The notes beneath the pieces are model-generated. The model was not told the origin of the DNA. It made no database searches and saw only the letters and a program-made list of their open reading frames with translations. A stretch of DNA of 64,000 nucleotides from Octopus sinensis (Eukaryota). The translations under genes were made by a program, and so were the position numbers. Shown here piece after piece: positions 25,097-37,864 of the stretch; position 1 is the first letter of the stretch, and each line of letters starts with the position of its first letter. Location of the stretch: assembly GCF_006345805.1 (NCBI RefSeq), contig NC_043007.1:52948001-53012000 (forward strand). Direction: 5' to 3'.

Positions 25097-25470
25097 CAGT
25101 GGTTGGACAAAATAATGGAAAACACCTAGTATCATAGCATCATAATTTTGAAATATCTATAAAACCGTCAAAAGCTTGTTTGTTTTTATGTTTTTTGATT
25201 TATTATTAGTGCTGCTTAATATGTTTTTCTAAAATTGCTGTTTTTTTTTCAGATATCATCGGAAAAAGGTAATTAAAATTCATTAAAATGCCAGATCAAT
25301 TGGACTTTCAAAGAGGTCAAATTGTTGGTGCTCGTATGGCAGGTGCTAGTGCAACGAAAACAGCTGAAATGTTTGGTGTATCAAGAAGTACTGCCTCAGA
25401 AGTAATGACAGCCTTTGAGAAAGAGGGAAAAACCTCTGCGTCAAAACAAAACTCTGGAAGAAAACCAATG
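25097..25470 (+). mobile_element. Tc1 transposon 5' fragment
   Basis: TA|CAGTGG terminus. ORF MPDQLDFQRGQIVGARMAGAS...FGVSRST...SGRKP is a Tc1 paired-like HTH. Confidence 0.85.
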
Positions 25471-25556
25471 CAGATAAAGAAGGCTAGCTCATCAGGTCAG
25501 AACATTGTGGAACACCAATGCTTGAATTCTGTTTATACATACAAAATTTTCTGTTA

Positions 25557-26503
25557 ATGTCCATTTCCTTGGTTTTGTGTTTATGTTTTCGTTTCTCATT
25601 GTGTTCAACATTTTTTTGGTGTCCTGTACCCATATATGCATGTATATATACATGTAGAGGTAGGTACGTACATATATGTATGTATATATGCATATGTTTT
25701 ATTTTATTTATTAATTTATTATATGACGGAACGCACGCATCCATTTCTAAGTAAGATTGTTCTTAATATTAATAATGATGCGCACTCTTAACCTTTCTGT
25801 CCCCCCTCCCTTTCTCAGCCTTCATTCTTTCGGGTTTCCTTTTCTTCAACCTTACTGTCTCTCCCTCTCTCTCTCTCATTTTTCATTCTTTCTGGGTTTT
25901 CTCTATAACCATTCCCTTTTTTTCTCTCCCTTTCTCTTGCTCCTCCTCCTCCCTCCCGTCGTTGACCTGCGACGAGAGCTTTGCTACTGTCTTTCCTTCA
26001 AGTGTGGATGGCTTTCCTCTCTCTCTCTTGCCATCCGCAAAAGTGTTCATAACATTTTTTCTTTCGTTCTGGCTTAACAACTCTCAATGTTTGTGTTAAT
26101 GTTATTCTCCTTGTCCTGTCCTTTACTGTTTATATTTTGTACTGTCTTTACTGTCCTGTTTTTGTTACCATTTTTACCCCTCCGCAAAAAAATCTCAAAT
26201 TTTATCTAATTTGCTTTTCGCGGGAAGGAATGTTTCATTAAAGTCGTGTCTCGCCTTGACCTTCGAAACGTGGTATAGATGAAACAAAGGCGACTGAAGA
26301 AGGGGAATTTTCCTTGAATTGTATGTCCTGTTGTTTAAGAAAGATGTCCATTTCCTTGGTTTTGTGTTTATGTTTTCGTTTCTCATTGTGTTAGACGCTT
26401 TTTTGGTGTCCTGTACCCATATATGCATGTATATATACATGTAGAGGTAGGTACGTACATATATCTATGTATATATGCATATGTTTTATTTTATTTATTA
26501 ATT

Positions 26504-26510
<7 letters not shown>
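25557..26510 (+). mobile_element. PLE-like unit with ~165-bp direct terminal repeats (pseudo-LTR-like)
   Basis: 25557-25720 is repeated at 26345-26510 and ends in (TA)n. A related sequence occurs at 19740-19975. Confidence 0.55.
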
Positions 26511-26541
<31 letters not shown>

Positions 26542-26649
26542 TATGGATGATGGATACAAGATAAAATTAGCTTGGTATAATCATGAACAGTAAGAATGTT
26601 TTGTATATTTATTAAGATGCTGGATCGAAGTTTAGGGAATTGACCATCC

Positions 26650-26865
26650 ACCAACCCACCTGAAACTGCCCCCGGTTCTATGATACAAACTTCCTATTTT
26701 AAAGTGATCTAAATTAAAACTACCATAAAAAAGTACTTGTTAATTTATGTTTTGAACACCAACTAAATAACGACAAAGTTATTTAACTAAATTCATCATT
26801 ATTTTGAAAATTAATTGAAAAAAAGGTAATGTATTTCAACACAAATATGGTAACGAAAGGGTTAT
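26650..26865 (+). mobile_element. piggyBac-type MITE
   Basis: Ends GGTAACGAAAGGGTTA; inverted relative of 59059-59277. Confidence 0.6.
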
Positions 26866-27417
26866 TGTAAAGAGAAAACAAGTGGTAGGAAAAAAAGTAA
26901 AGCAGGTAAATAAAAAAAAAATTATAGTAAGTGTTTAAAAATATGTATAAAAAATAAAATAAATTAGAAAATAATGTACATGAATTCAATAGAAAACACT
27001 CAGCTGGAGATACAAAGATTACACCATGTGTATGTGTTTATATCACAGAGAAATACTTAATGCACTTGTGTATGTGTGTGTGTATACATATGTATATATA
27101 ATGTAGTGCAATACAGGGATTCTCGTTTGTCTCTGTGTGGTTGTGTAGTTATATGTTTGTGTATTTATATATGCATGTTAGTGTGCACACATGTATTTCA
27201 GTGAATGATATCACATTTACTCCTCTAACATGTGTTCATTGACTTTAAGCAAACAGCAGCTTCTGTGTCAAATATAGGTAGTGCCATATGCATCAAATTG
27301 ACTGAAAACTTTGGCACACTTGCTGACATATCATTATATGTTGCACAATTTTTATAAATATATGCCATTCATAAGATGTTTGTTGTTCAATAGAAAAGGA
27401 AATTCTTATCTACATAC

Positions 27418-27476
27418 CAGCCTACATTTCCTTCAGTATCAATGTCATCTGCAGTGGCAACAGCTTCAATCACAGA
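27418..27476 (-). CDS. VPS54: VPS54 internal coding exon (59 nt)
   Basis: Acceptor TTCTTTTTATCTAG|, donor |GTATGT. SVIEAVATADDIDTEGNVG plus TG, matching VPS54 CVINKVSQTEEIDTD. Phase 0 to 2 fits both neighbours. Confidence 0.85.
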
Positions 27477-28519
27477 CTAGATAAAAAGAAACATGTTAAA
27501 CAAATATCTTTTTAAAATAATCATCAATTCCAACATGGAAGAGTTTATATTTTGGTCATTTAAAAACTGAAAAAAAGAAAAAGAAAAAGTTACATTCACT
27601 TTTGATTTATTTTTTGAAGTGTTTATGTCTTCATTACCATGGAGTTATAGCTAGACATGAGGAGTTAAAGTTGGTAAAATATAATGAACCAACTCTAACT
27701 ACATGCAAATATGATGTGCTAAAATTTCAAATTTTACAAGTATTTGACTATTTTCTGCACTGAAAATCAAATCTTCTTAAGAAAAAAGTTCATGTAAAAG
27801 CAATCCTCTTAAAAACAAGACATTAGTAAATTTTGGATTTGTATTTTCTTAGAAATACTTATTCTATAGTTAGTGCTTTGAAAATGAATTTTATCAGGAT
27901 GAACTTTCCAATACTTTACAAAATAATATTTATTTCATTTAATAGAACCTCTCACATCACATTCACTCTAACTAAATAAATGTAAACTGTAATAAGATAT
28001 TAAAATTTACAAGCTCACAGATATTCATTTGGCTGTTTTCTATAGTAAAAACAATTACATCAGATTTAAAGGCTTCTGTGAAGGAGGATCTGGTAGAAGG
28101 AATTCTGTTTCTTTGCAAAAGGCATTTGTAAATTTTGGATTTCAGTTTTTTTTTTAATCAAACCCCCATTTATTAATAGATAGTGTCTCCTTATTTTCAA
28201 TAATTTACAAGTAATTTGTAATACATTTAATAGAATCTCTAATGTCAAATTCACTCTGAAAAAATAGTTTGTTTATATTTCTTCATGCTAGTAAGGGTTG
28301 GAAAAGTACATATTATCAGGGAACTGTTACAGGTCAGATAACCTTACTGTTGCAAACTCTTACTTGTTTTACAAGTAAAGGATTTTTTTTATTTCACTCA
28401 ACTTTCAACATAAAAACTAAAGAATGCATTTTTGAGAAGGTATGTCAACAAAAGCCACCAATTTTTTGGTTCAATGCTTTCATGTGAAATGCAAAAAATA
28501 AACATTCTCACACATACTC

Positions 28520-28840
28520 TTTTAACTCTTACTTGTTTCAGCCACTGGACTGTAGCCATGCAGAGTTTTGTCAAAGAAATCAACCCCAGTACTTATTTTA
28601 TTGGTATCTTTTTGCCAAACCATTAAGTTACAGGGGCATAAACAAATCACCACCAGTTGCCAAGCGGTAGTGGGACACACACACACGCATATACATGACC
28701 AGCTTCTTTCTGTCTCCATCAACCAAATGCACTCAAAGGGCTTTGGTCAGCCCAGGGCAAAAATAGAAGACACTTATCTAAGGTTCCACGCAGTGGGATT
28801 ACACCCAGAACCATGTGGTTGGGAATTCACTAAGCCATAC
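28520..28840 (-). mobile_element. tRNA-derived SINE (same family as 48415-48830)
   Basis: Reverse-complement similarity to head and tail of the 48415 SINE. Confidence 0.72.
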
Positions 28841-28994
28841 TGATTCAAATAGCCAGTTGTTAGAACTCAATAAATTTGTACTTTACAGTTTACCATCAGG
28901 ATTATGTAATCACTTTCATAAGCTGTAAGAAAGCACCTAGAAATGAGTGCCAGTACATTTTAAAGCTTCCTAAGATCCATTAAATATATATATA

Positions 28995-31900
28995 TCATCA
29001 TCATCATCATCGTTTAACGTCCGCTTTCCATGCTAGCACGGGTTGGACGGTTCAACTGGGGTCTGGCAAACCAGAAGGCTGCACTAGGCCCAGTCTGATC
29101 TGGCAGTGTTTCTACAGCTGGATGCCCTTCCTAATGCCAACCACTCCGTGAGTGTAGTGGGTGCTTTTTACGTGCCAGACGAGGCTGGCAAATGGCCACG
29201 ATCGGATGGTGCTTTTTACGTGCCACCGGCACGGAGACCAGACGAAGCTGGCAACGGCCACGGTCGGATGGTACTTTTTACGTGCCACCGGTACGGAAGC
29301 TATGGCCACGTTCGGATGGTTCTCTCACGTGCCACCAGCACTGGTATCACAGCTACAGATTCCACTGATGTTGATAGATTACGATTTTGATTTTGATTTG
29401 ATTTTCACTTGCCTCAACAGGTCTTCACAAGTGGAGTTTTGTGTCCCAAGAAGGAAAGTAATGCATAAGTGGGTTGGCTACATCCCAGGTAGAGGCCACG
29501 GTATTATGGCCTCACTTGTCCTGCCGGGTCTTCTCACGCACGGCATACTTCCAATGGTCTCGGTCTCTAGTCATTTCCTCGGTGAGACCTAAAGTTCGAA
29601 GGTCGTGCTTCACCACCTCATCCCAGGTTTTCCTGGGTCTACCTCTTCCACAGGTTCCCTCAACCGCTATAGGGTGTGGCACTTTTTCACACAACTATCT
29701 TCATCCATTCTCGCCACATGACCATACCAGTGCAAACGTCTCTCATGCACACCACAACTGATGCTTCTTAGGTCCAACTTCTCTCTCACGGTACTTACAC
29801 TCTGTCGAGTATGTACACTGACATTACACATCCATCGGAGCATAATGGCTTCATTTCTTGCGAGCTTATGCAGTCACGGCCCATGTTTCACTGCCATGTA
29901 GCATGGCTGTTCGTACACATGCATCATACAATCTGCCTTTTACTCTGAGCAAGAGGCCTTTTGTCACCAGCAGAGGTAAGAGCTCTCTGAACTTTGCCCA
30001 GGCTATTCTTACTCTAGCAGTTATACTTTCAGCACACCCGCCCCCGCTACTGACTTGGTCACATAGGTAACGGAAACTATCAACTATTTCTAGTTTTTCT
30101 CCCTGGAATGTGGCGGAAGATGGTCTCTGTGTATTTTCAGTGTTTATTGCTCCTGAGCATCTGCCACATACAAATACTATCTTCCTAGTTAGCCTTCCTT
30201 TGACGTTGCTGCACCTCTTATGTGTCCATAGCTTACACTTGGTGCATCTTATAGAGTTTCTACCTACGCCTTTTCTATAGATCGAGCAGGGCAATCTACC
30301 TGAAGGTGTTTGTGATTTGTCTACCTTCATACTTATTAGAACTTTGGTTTTTAGCTAGGTTGACTCTAAGGCCCTTCAATTCTAATCCTTGCTTCCACAC
30401 CTGAAATTTCTCCTCCAGTTCTGCTAGTAACTCAGCAATTAGGGCTAGGTCATCAGCACAGAGGAGCTCCCAGGGGCATCCTGTCTTGAATTCCTCCGTT
30501 ATTGATTGGAGGACTATGATAAATAGGAGGGGGCTGAGGACTGAACCTTGGTGGACCCCAACCTCTACTCGGAATTCTTCACTGTACTCGTTGCCAACCC
30601 TAACCTTACTAACAGCATCCCTGTACATGGCTCGTACAGCTCTCACTAACCATTCATCTATCCCTAGTTTCCTCATTGACCACCAGATAAGGGATCGGGG
30701 GACCCTGTCAAAGGCTTTCTCCATGTCAATGAAAGCCAGGTACAGAGGTTTATCTTTGGCTAGGTATTTCTCCTGCAGCTGTCTCACCAGAAATATGGCA
30801 TCAGTGGTGCTTTTCCTGGCACAAAACCAAACTGCATCTCGTCCAAGTTGACTCTCTTCCTAATTAGTTGGGCTATGACCCTCTCCGTAACCTTCATTAC
30901 CTGATCCAACAGCTTGATACCTCTGTAATTATTTGTATCTAGGGCGTCACCTTTACCTTTGTAGCAGTTGACTATTATGCTGCTACACCAGTCATTGGGT
31001 ATGACTCCTTCGTGTATCACCTGGTTAACTATACGGGTGACTAGGCTATAGCCGACACTGCCAGATATTTTGAGCATCTCTGCAGTAATTCCTGATGTGC
31101 CTGGGGCTTTCCCTGTCTTCATGCTTCTAATTGCCTTAACTACCAAAGAATTGTCAACTCGGATACCTGGTCCCTCTTTATCCCATTCATTTTCTTTATT
31201 CAGCAACCTTTCATAGTGGCATCTCCAAACCTCTCTCTTTGCATCCTCATTTAGCGCAAGTGAACCATCATCCATGTGAACACATTTCTCTCCTACCACA
31301 TCAAGATTCTCTCACACACTGTCTTGCAACACGAAATACCTCAAGTCTTTGGTCCTCACGGCGCAGAACATTGGGAAATTTCTTCTTATCTGCTTCCCCT
31401 CTGGCTAAATAAACCTGTCTCCTAGCTTCCATTCTGGCAGTCTGATACACTTCCCTGCTACCACTGTTCTTCCAGTCCTTCCAAACCTGTTTCTTTTGTC
31501 TAATAGCCCTGTCAACAACATTGTTCCACCACCACGTTACCCTGGGTCAAGATGGGACTTTGCTCCATCCACAGATCTGGTCAGTGGCTGTCAGCAGATT
31601 GTATTGTAGAAACCTCCAGTTTCCTTCCACGTTATGTGAAGCTATATCCCCTTCTATTTCATCGAAGACTTCGAGTAGTATGTCTCTAAATCTCTGTCCA
31701 TTTGCAGGATCTATAAGCTTCCAGACCCTTCTCCTCCAAGCAGGTCTTCTTCTGGGCAACCATTTAGCCTTGATCCTGAAGTCGCTAACTACTAATCTAT
31801 GTTGAGGAGTACATTCTTCGCCTGGGAAGGTTTTGGCATTTATAAGCAGCCCTCTTTCCCTCTTTCTGGCGAGGATGTAGTCAATCTGGCTAGTGTGTCT

Positions 31901-32533
31901 GCCAGAACGGTAGGTGACTAGGTGAGAGGTGGGTTTCCTGAAGTTGGTATTGCAAACCATAAGGTCATTTGCATCGCAGAACTCCAGCAGCCTGGTTCCC
32001 TCCTCATTGCGAGAACCAAAACCGTAGCCTCCATGTACGCCATGGAAGCGCCCGACATGTCGTCCAACATTTCCATTGAAGTCACCTGCCACAAAGAGAA
32101 GGTCCCTGTCATTTGTCAACGAGGTAGTCTGCAATAGGGTGTCGTAGAATCGGTCTTTCTGCCCCTCCAATTGAGGGGCATATGCCGAAATGATGGTAGC
32201 TGGCCTACGGTGAAGCACTAATCTAAACTTAAGTACTCTGTCACTTACTCTGACCACCTCGATTACCTTATCTACCCATTTCTCCAGAAGAAATATACCC
32301 ATGCCCCCGACCCCGTCAATGTTCCCTGCCCAAAAAGTCTTGTACCTGTGTTCTTTGCCTGTGAGGAACCTAGTGGAACCTCCTCTCCACCTTACTTCTT
32401 GGATGCAGCACAAATCCACACATCTCCGTTCAAGCAGCTCAACAATCTCACCAGACCTACCTTTCAATGTGCCAACTCTGAGGGTGTGGGAGGTGTGGGC
32501 CTCTGAGACCTTGGGATGAGGGACAGCCGTGTC
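28995..32533 (-). mobile_element. Near-full-length RTE LINE (APE endonuclease, RT, 3'UTR), frameshifted
   Basis: ORF 31547-32467 has APE motifs IQEVRW, ISAYAP, GDFN, QIDYIL, QHRLV. RT fragments NYRGIKLL, DMEKAFDRV, GVHQGSVLSPLLF, CADD. (GAT)n tail; flanked by TA runs. Confidence 0.95.
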
Positions 32534-32794
32534 ATATATATATATATATTGAATATATATATATATATATAGTTGAGGTTGTAAGAGATAATGGTGTCAC
32601 TGAGACCCAAAGGTGTCAGGTAATGCTGAATAAGTGCTATAGACAGACCATAGTTAAGTTCCAGATTCGGTAATATTGCGAATAAAGGGTTCAACATTGG
32701 TTCTATGTCAGCGTGTGTATATAAGAATTTTTTGCTTAATAAGATAAAAAAAAACCAAGGCTGTGTAGATATTAGAACATTTATAGATAGAAGG

Positions 32795-32844
32795 TCTTAC
32801 AGCTGTTTCTAAGATATTTATTAATTATATCCCTTCATCGGAGA
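32795..32844 (-). ncRNA. Minimal hammerhead-like motif (U4C variant) in a PLE-like unit
   Basis: Minus strand reads TCT CCGATGA A GGGATAT...ATATCTT A GAAAC AGCT GTA AGA. Confidence 0.55.
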
Positions 32845-34217
32845 TGGTGTGAGAGGATAGTTAAGTCATAGTTAGTTTAGATGTGATACAAAATGGAGAG
32901 TGAGGTGGAGGAAAAAGAATACATGCAAGATATGTATGGGTATTGAAGTTGTAAATCCATTTTTTAGGCATAATGGTATATATGCAATATTCCAATATCC
33001 TATGAGTAAAGTCCAAAAGTCCAACAGAGTTTAAAACGAGTCCATCCAAATAAAGAGTTTATAAGCAATGTAAAATTCCCTTATGAGTAAGATCCAGCAG
33101 ATTTTTAAACTTGGTCATTCCCAGTAGAGAATTTATATACAGTGTTGCAGAGTCAAAGGTTTTAATTTAAAGTGACCTAAAATTAGGGAGTGTATTAGTC
33201 AGGTCAAATCAAAAACAGGAAGAGAGGAGTGAAGAAAGAGAAAAAAAAAGAATAAAAAGAGAAGAGAAAGAAAAAATGAGAGAAAGGAGAAGGAAGTAAG
33301 AAAAAGATTAGTAAAATAATAACAAAATAATAATAAAAAATAAAAACCCTGAAGAGAGGTATAAAGGGAATAAAGAAAAAGAAAAATGAAGATATAGATC
33401 AGTCAGTGATCAGTGGAGATAATAAGAAAGTAGGAGTGCGGATATGAAGGGGGAAAGAGAGAGAGAAAGGTATTATAGTGTAAAAAGATGGAAGGAATCG
33501 GGAGGGGGGTAAGAGGTAAAGGAATGACAAATGTGTAGTAGTAGAGTCTAAGTGTAGTGGGAGAGAGAGAGATAGAGATATGGGGTTAGTAGTATGAAGA
33601 ATTAAGGAATTTATATGTTTAGCAGTTCCTTGCTTAGTAATATGAGAAAATATATATGTGAAGATGTATATACATGCGTATATCAGACAAGTTACATATA
33701 CAATCCTTACTTGCATGCATATCCACTCAAGCACACTCACTTACACATTCATCTGCAGGTTAATATATAGATCCGCGCCCGGGTGGGAAAAATGGAAAAG
33801 AATATGTGTAACAGGTGTAAGGCATCGTATATTGAAGGAATATGACGAAAAAAATGTGCGCTGACAAACGGGGGTGTGGGGAGGGGGCTCGGAAAATTGC
33901 CACGATCAACCGTACTAGATCCGCGCCCAGGTGGGAAAAATGGAAAAGAATATGTGTAACAGGTGTAAGGCATCATATATTGAAGGAATATGATGAAAAA
34001 AATGCGCGCTGACAAACGGGGGTGTGGGGAGGGGGCTCGGAAAATTCCCACGATCAACCGTAGAGGATCTGAGCAGTAAACCTCAACACCCGGTCGCAGG
34101 AGCGCAACAGTTTAGTGAGATTTGGCTGTTATTTCTAGCATGCAAATAGCCGGCTTGAGGGGGATATATCAAATTCCCCCCTCCCCATTACTTCAGTTTT
34201 CACTTTTGTTTGTAAAA

Positions 34218-34252
<35 letters not shown>

Positions 34253-34257
34253 TATAC

Positions 34258-35061
34258 ATGTGTGCGAACTGCCATGCTTCACGGTAATGAAACATGGGCT
34301 GTGACTGCAGAAGACATGCGTAGACTTGAAAGAAATGAAGCTAGCATGATCCGCTGGATGTGTAGTGTCAGTGTACACACAAAACAGAGTGTAAGTATCC
34401 TGAGAGAAATGCTGGATATAAGAAGCATCAGATGTGGTGTGCAAGAGCGACGCTTGCGATGGTATGGTCATGTGCTGCGGATGGATGAAGAGGATGTGTG
34501 AAGAAGTGCCACTCCCAAACAGTTGAAGGTATCAGGGGAGAGGTAGACCCAGGAAGACATGGGATGAGGTGGTCAAGCATGACCTCAGAGCATTGGGCCT
34601 CACTGAGGCAATGGCGAAGGACCGAGATCTCTGGAGATATGCTGTACTACAAAGACCCGGGCTGCTTTCTGCAGCAATTCCACATACCCCCTACCCATTC
34701 TAAGTACCCCCCTACCCATTCTAAGTACCCCGGATCCCCAAAGTACCCGGATCCCCAAAGTACCCTGGATCCCAAAATACCCCAATCCCCAAAGTACCCC
34801 GGACCTCGTTGCCCCCGTGCCGCTGACACGTTAAAATGCTCGAATCCGATCGTGACGATGCCGGACCCTCCGGCCCTGTGCAGGTGGCACGTAAAAAGCA
34901 CCAATCCACTCACGGAGTGGTTGGCGTTAGGAAGGGCATCCAGCCGTAGAAACTCTGCCAGATTCAGACTGGTGCCTGGAGCGGCCCCTGGCTTCCCAGA
35001 CCCGGTCAAACCGTCCAACCCGTGCTAGCGCGGAAAGCGGACGTTAAACGATGATGATGAT
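34258..35061 (+). mobile_element. RTE LINE 3' fragment with short tandem repeats in the UTR
   Basis: LHGNETW, RLRWYGHV; CCCCGGATCCCCAAAGTAC-type repeats at 34727-34805; (GAT)n tail. Confidence 0.85.
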
Positions 35062-35324
35062 ATATATCCCTCAAGCCAGCTATTTTCATGCTAGAAATAA
35101 CAGCCAAATCTCACTAAACTGCAGTAACATAATGAAATGAATTGTGTAATGAATCTACTCACCTTTCTGTAAACATTTCTTTCGGAGTATTTTCCCCACA
35201 TCAATATGAAATTAAGGTTTTTTTTTTATTATTTTATTTGAAAGTTACAATAAAATATGAGTTTTGTCAAGAAGTGTGTTCGGGGAAACAACGCTGGCAG
35301 GGTTTAGAGGAGATGTGTTCGAGA

Positions 35325-35530
35325 AAGAGTGGATGGCTGTGTGGTACGTAGCTTCCTTACCAACCACATGGTTCTGGGTTCAGTCCCACTGCGTGGTACC
35401 TTGGTCAAGTGTCTTCTACTATAGCCTCGAGCCAGCAAAAGCCTTGTGAATGGGTTTGGTAGACGGAACCTTTAAGAAGCCCGTCATATAAATGTATGTG
35501 TGTGTGTGTGTGTGTGTTTGTCCACCCAAC
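35325..35530 (+). mobile_element. tRNA-derived SINE head
   Basis: TGGCTGTGTGGTA...GGTTCAGTCCCACTGCGTGGTACCTTGGTCAAGTGTCTT. Confidence 0.8.
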
Positions 35531-36149
35531 AATATTTGTTGAATATACATTGCATTAGAAGTATTTAGACGATTTCTGTTGCGCTCCTGCGACCGGGTGT
35601 TGAGGTTTACTGCTCGGATCCTCTACGGTTGATCGTGGGAATTTTCCGAGCCCCCTCCCCACACACCCGTTTGTCAGTGCGCATTTTTTTCTCGATATTT
35701 GTTGAATATACATTGCATTAGAAGTATTTAGACGATTTCTGTTGCGCTCCTGCGACCGGGTGTTGAGGTTTATTGCTCGGATCCTCTACGGTTGATCGTG
35801 GGAATTTTCCGAGCCCCCTCCCCACAGCCCCGTTTGTCAGCACGCATTTTTTTCGTCATATTCATTCAATATATGATGCCTTACACCTGTTACACATATT
35901 CTTTTCCATTTTTCCCACCCGGGCGCGGATCTATATATTAACCCATCTGCATGTATCATTGCCCCTGTATATGCAGGTATATATACCTTGCATACATGTA
36001 TTTATACATCCCCACATACACACCCTCACTCATACATATACACGCACACATAGGTGTATGCACATACGTATGAATATAATCAGATGGTTGTATATGTGAG
36101 GAACTAGATAGGGATTAGGAGTTAGAGTGTAAGTTTATAACGTTATTGG

Positions 36150-36340
36150 GATTACCTAAGGAGTATTGTGGAAATGTACTGTATGGTCATTCAGATATTT
36201 GGATTTGTGGTAGAATTTAAATGTGTGATAAAAGCGGTGGTTGCATGTGCTTAGTTCCTCGTTATGTTTATTAAGCAGTGTTGGAAAGTTGTACTTTAAT
36301 ATGTGGAGTGCCTCCTTCAAGCAAAACAAGCAACAACCAT
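36150..36340 (-). mobile_element. Penelope-like element GIY-YIG C-terminal fragment
   Basis: CLFCLKEALHILKY...LLNKHNEELSTCNH matches the PLE pattern CxLCLxE..I...LLNKRxELxSxCRH. Confidence 0.72.
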
Positions 36341-37864
36341 CACAATCACAACCAACCACACACAGTTGATGAAACCATGGAAGGCATTACACCCAGGCAA
36401 TTTAGACCCCACACACATTCATTTAACACTAGGTCAAAAACGAAAACAAATAAAACAACTAACAATAACAGGCCTCTGTTACTGCACACCTTACCCAGAA
36501 AGATAGATACCACTCATTTATCTAACAACTTAGCTCTATTCCCAGACCCCCTAAAAAATAATTTTGTATGACTTTTTCATGCTTCATTCCACTCTTCATT
36601 CTTTGTTTCCCCCTCTCTCACATTTCTTTGCCTTTCTTACTCACTTTTCACTTCAATATGTACCTGTCATTTTTTCTTGCCCCTCCTTAATTCTTCTGTC
36701 CATCTGCTTCTACAACTCCCTCTCTCCTCTTCCCCTCCTTAATTCTTTTGTTCCTCTTTTTCTCTCTCTTCTCTCCTCAAACCAATAGGCCAGACTGCTA
36801 GCCCTCTTTTTGCGTCTGATTGTGGTCACTGTAACATCAATATTCTTCCCTGTGTTTGTGAAAGTTTTGCATCTCTGTAAGGCTTCATTTCCACACACGC
36901 CAGCTGAATTCAATTCATTCCCAGTCGAAAGACACCTGTTGTTATGTCCTGTTATTATTATTATTATTATCAATTTTATTGTATTTTGTATTTATATTCA
37001 TATAACATCATCTGTTTTTCCATCCTTGTTTTTGTATACATCCAATGCTTTCTTCCAAGGAATCTAATGCTCTTAGCTTAGTTTTTCCTTGGGGCTGGCC
37101 AGATTGGAGCAATCTCAAGATTAATCAGCCAAAATTGTGAGGATGATCTGGTTACTGACTGAGGATAGAAAGCTTTGAATGACCCATCCTTGTTTTTGTG
37201 TATCGTCTATCTGGATGTTTTGTTGTCCCTTTTTGTATCAACTAGTTGTCCAGATGTTTTGCATCCTTGTCCCCTTTTGTATTTTATATATATATATAAC
37301 TCTACAGATTTTTGACTGGCTCTAGATTCTATAGTACAAATGTAGAAATAAACTTTAAAGAGTGAACATCACACATCTAACACAAAAGGCACAATATTGA
37401 CTTATAAAGCTTTAATATACTTGGTGCAAAACAAAATACTATGTACTTGCCAGCAATTAATACAATAATATGCACATACACACAACAGGCTTCGAAAAAA
37501 TTTCTATCTACCACTTTCACTCACAGAACATTGGTTGCCCTGTGGTTACTGGAAAAGTCACTTGCTCAAGATGCCACACATTGGGATAGAACTTGTGATT
37601 GTGTAGTGACAAAGCAAACTCCATACACACACATCTGCGTCTGTGCCTAAGGCATTAACATTTTCTATTTCTCAGATATTAATTTCACAGTTTTTTGCAT
37701 TGAAAATAATCAAATCTAAGTTAATTCTGTTTCTAAATAAAAGACAAAGTACCTTTTGAATTAGACTTTTGATTCAATTCCTATTCCATAGATACAGTAT
37801 TTCTTTAATAAATTTATAAGGTATAAACTTTTCATAATTTTACAGCATAATTTCTATGCTTTTT

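Larger units (their letters stand above)
33762..35940. repeat. Nested inverted-repeat structure of an unidentified element
   Basis: 33762-34110 (with an internal ~150-bp tandem duplication) is inverted at 35576-35940. 34108-34168 is inverted at 35063-35121. Confidence 0.85.

Noticed and set aside
25470-25500. CTGATGA box on the minus strand
   Set aside because: Only the 5' half is present; it is truncated by the Tc1 fragment with no GAAA box.
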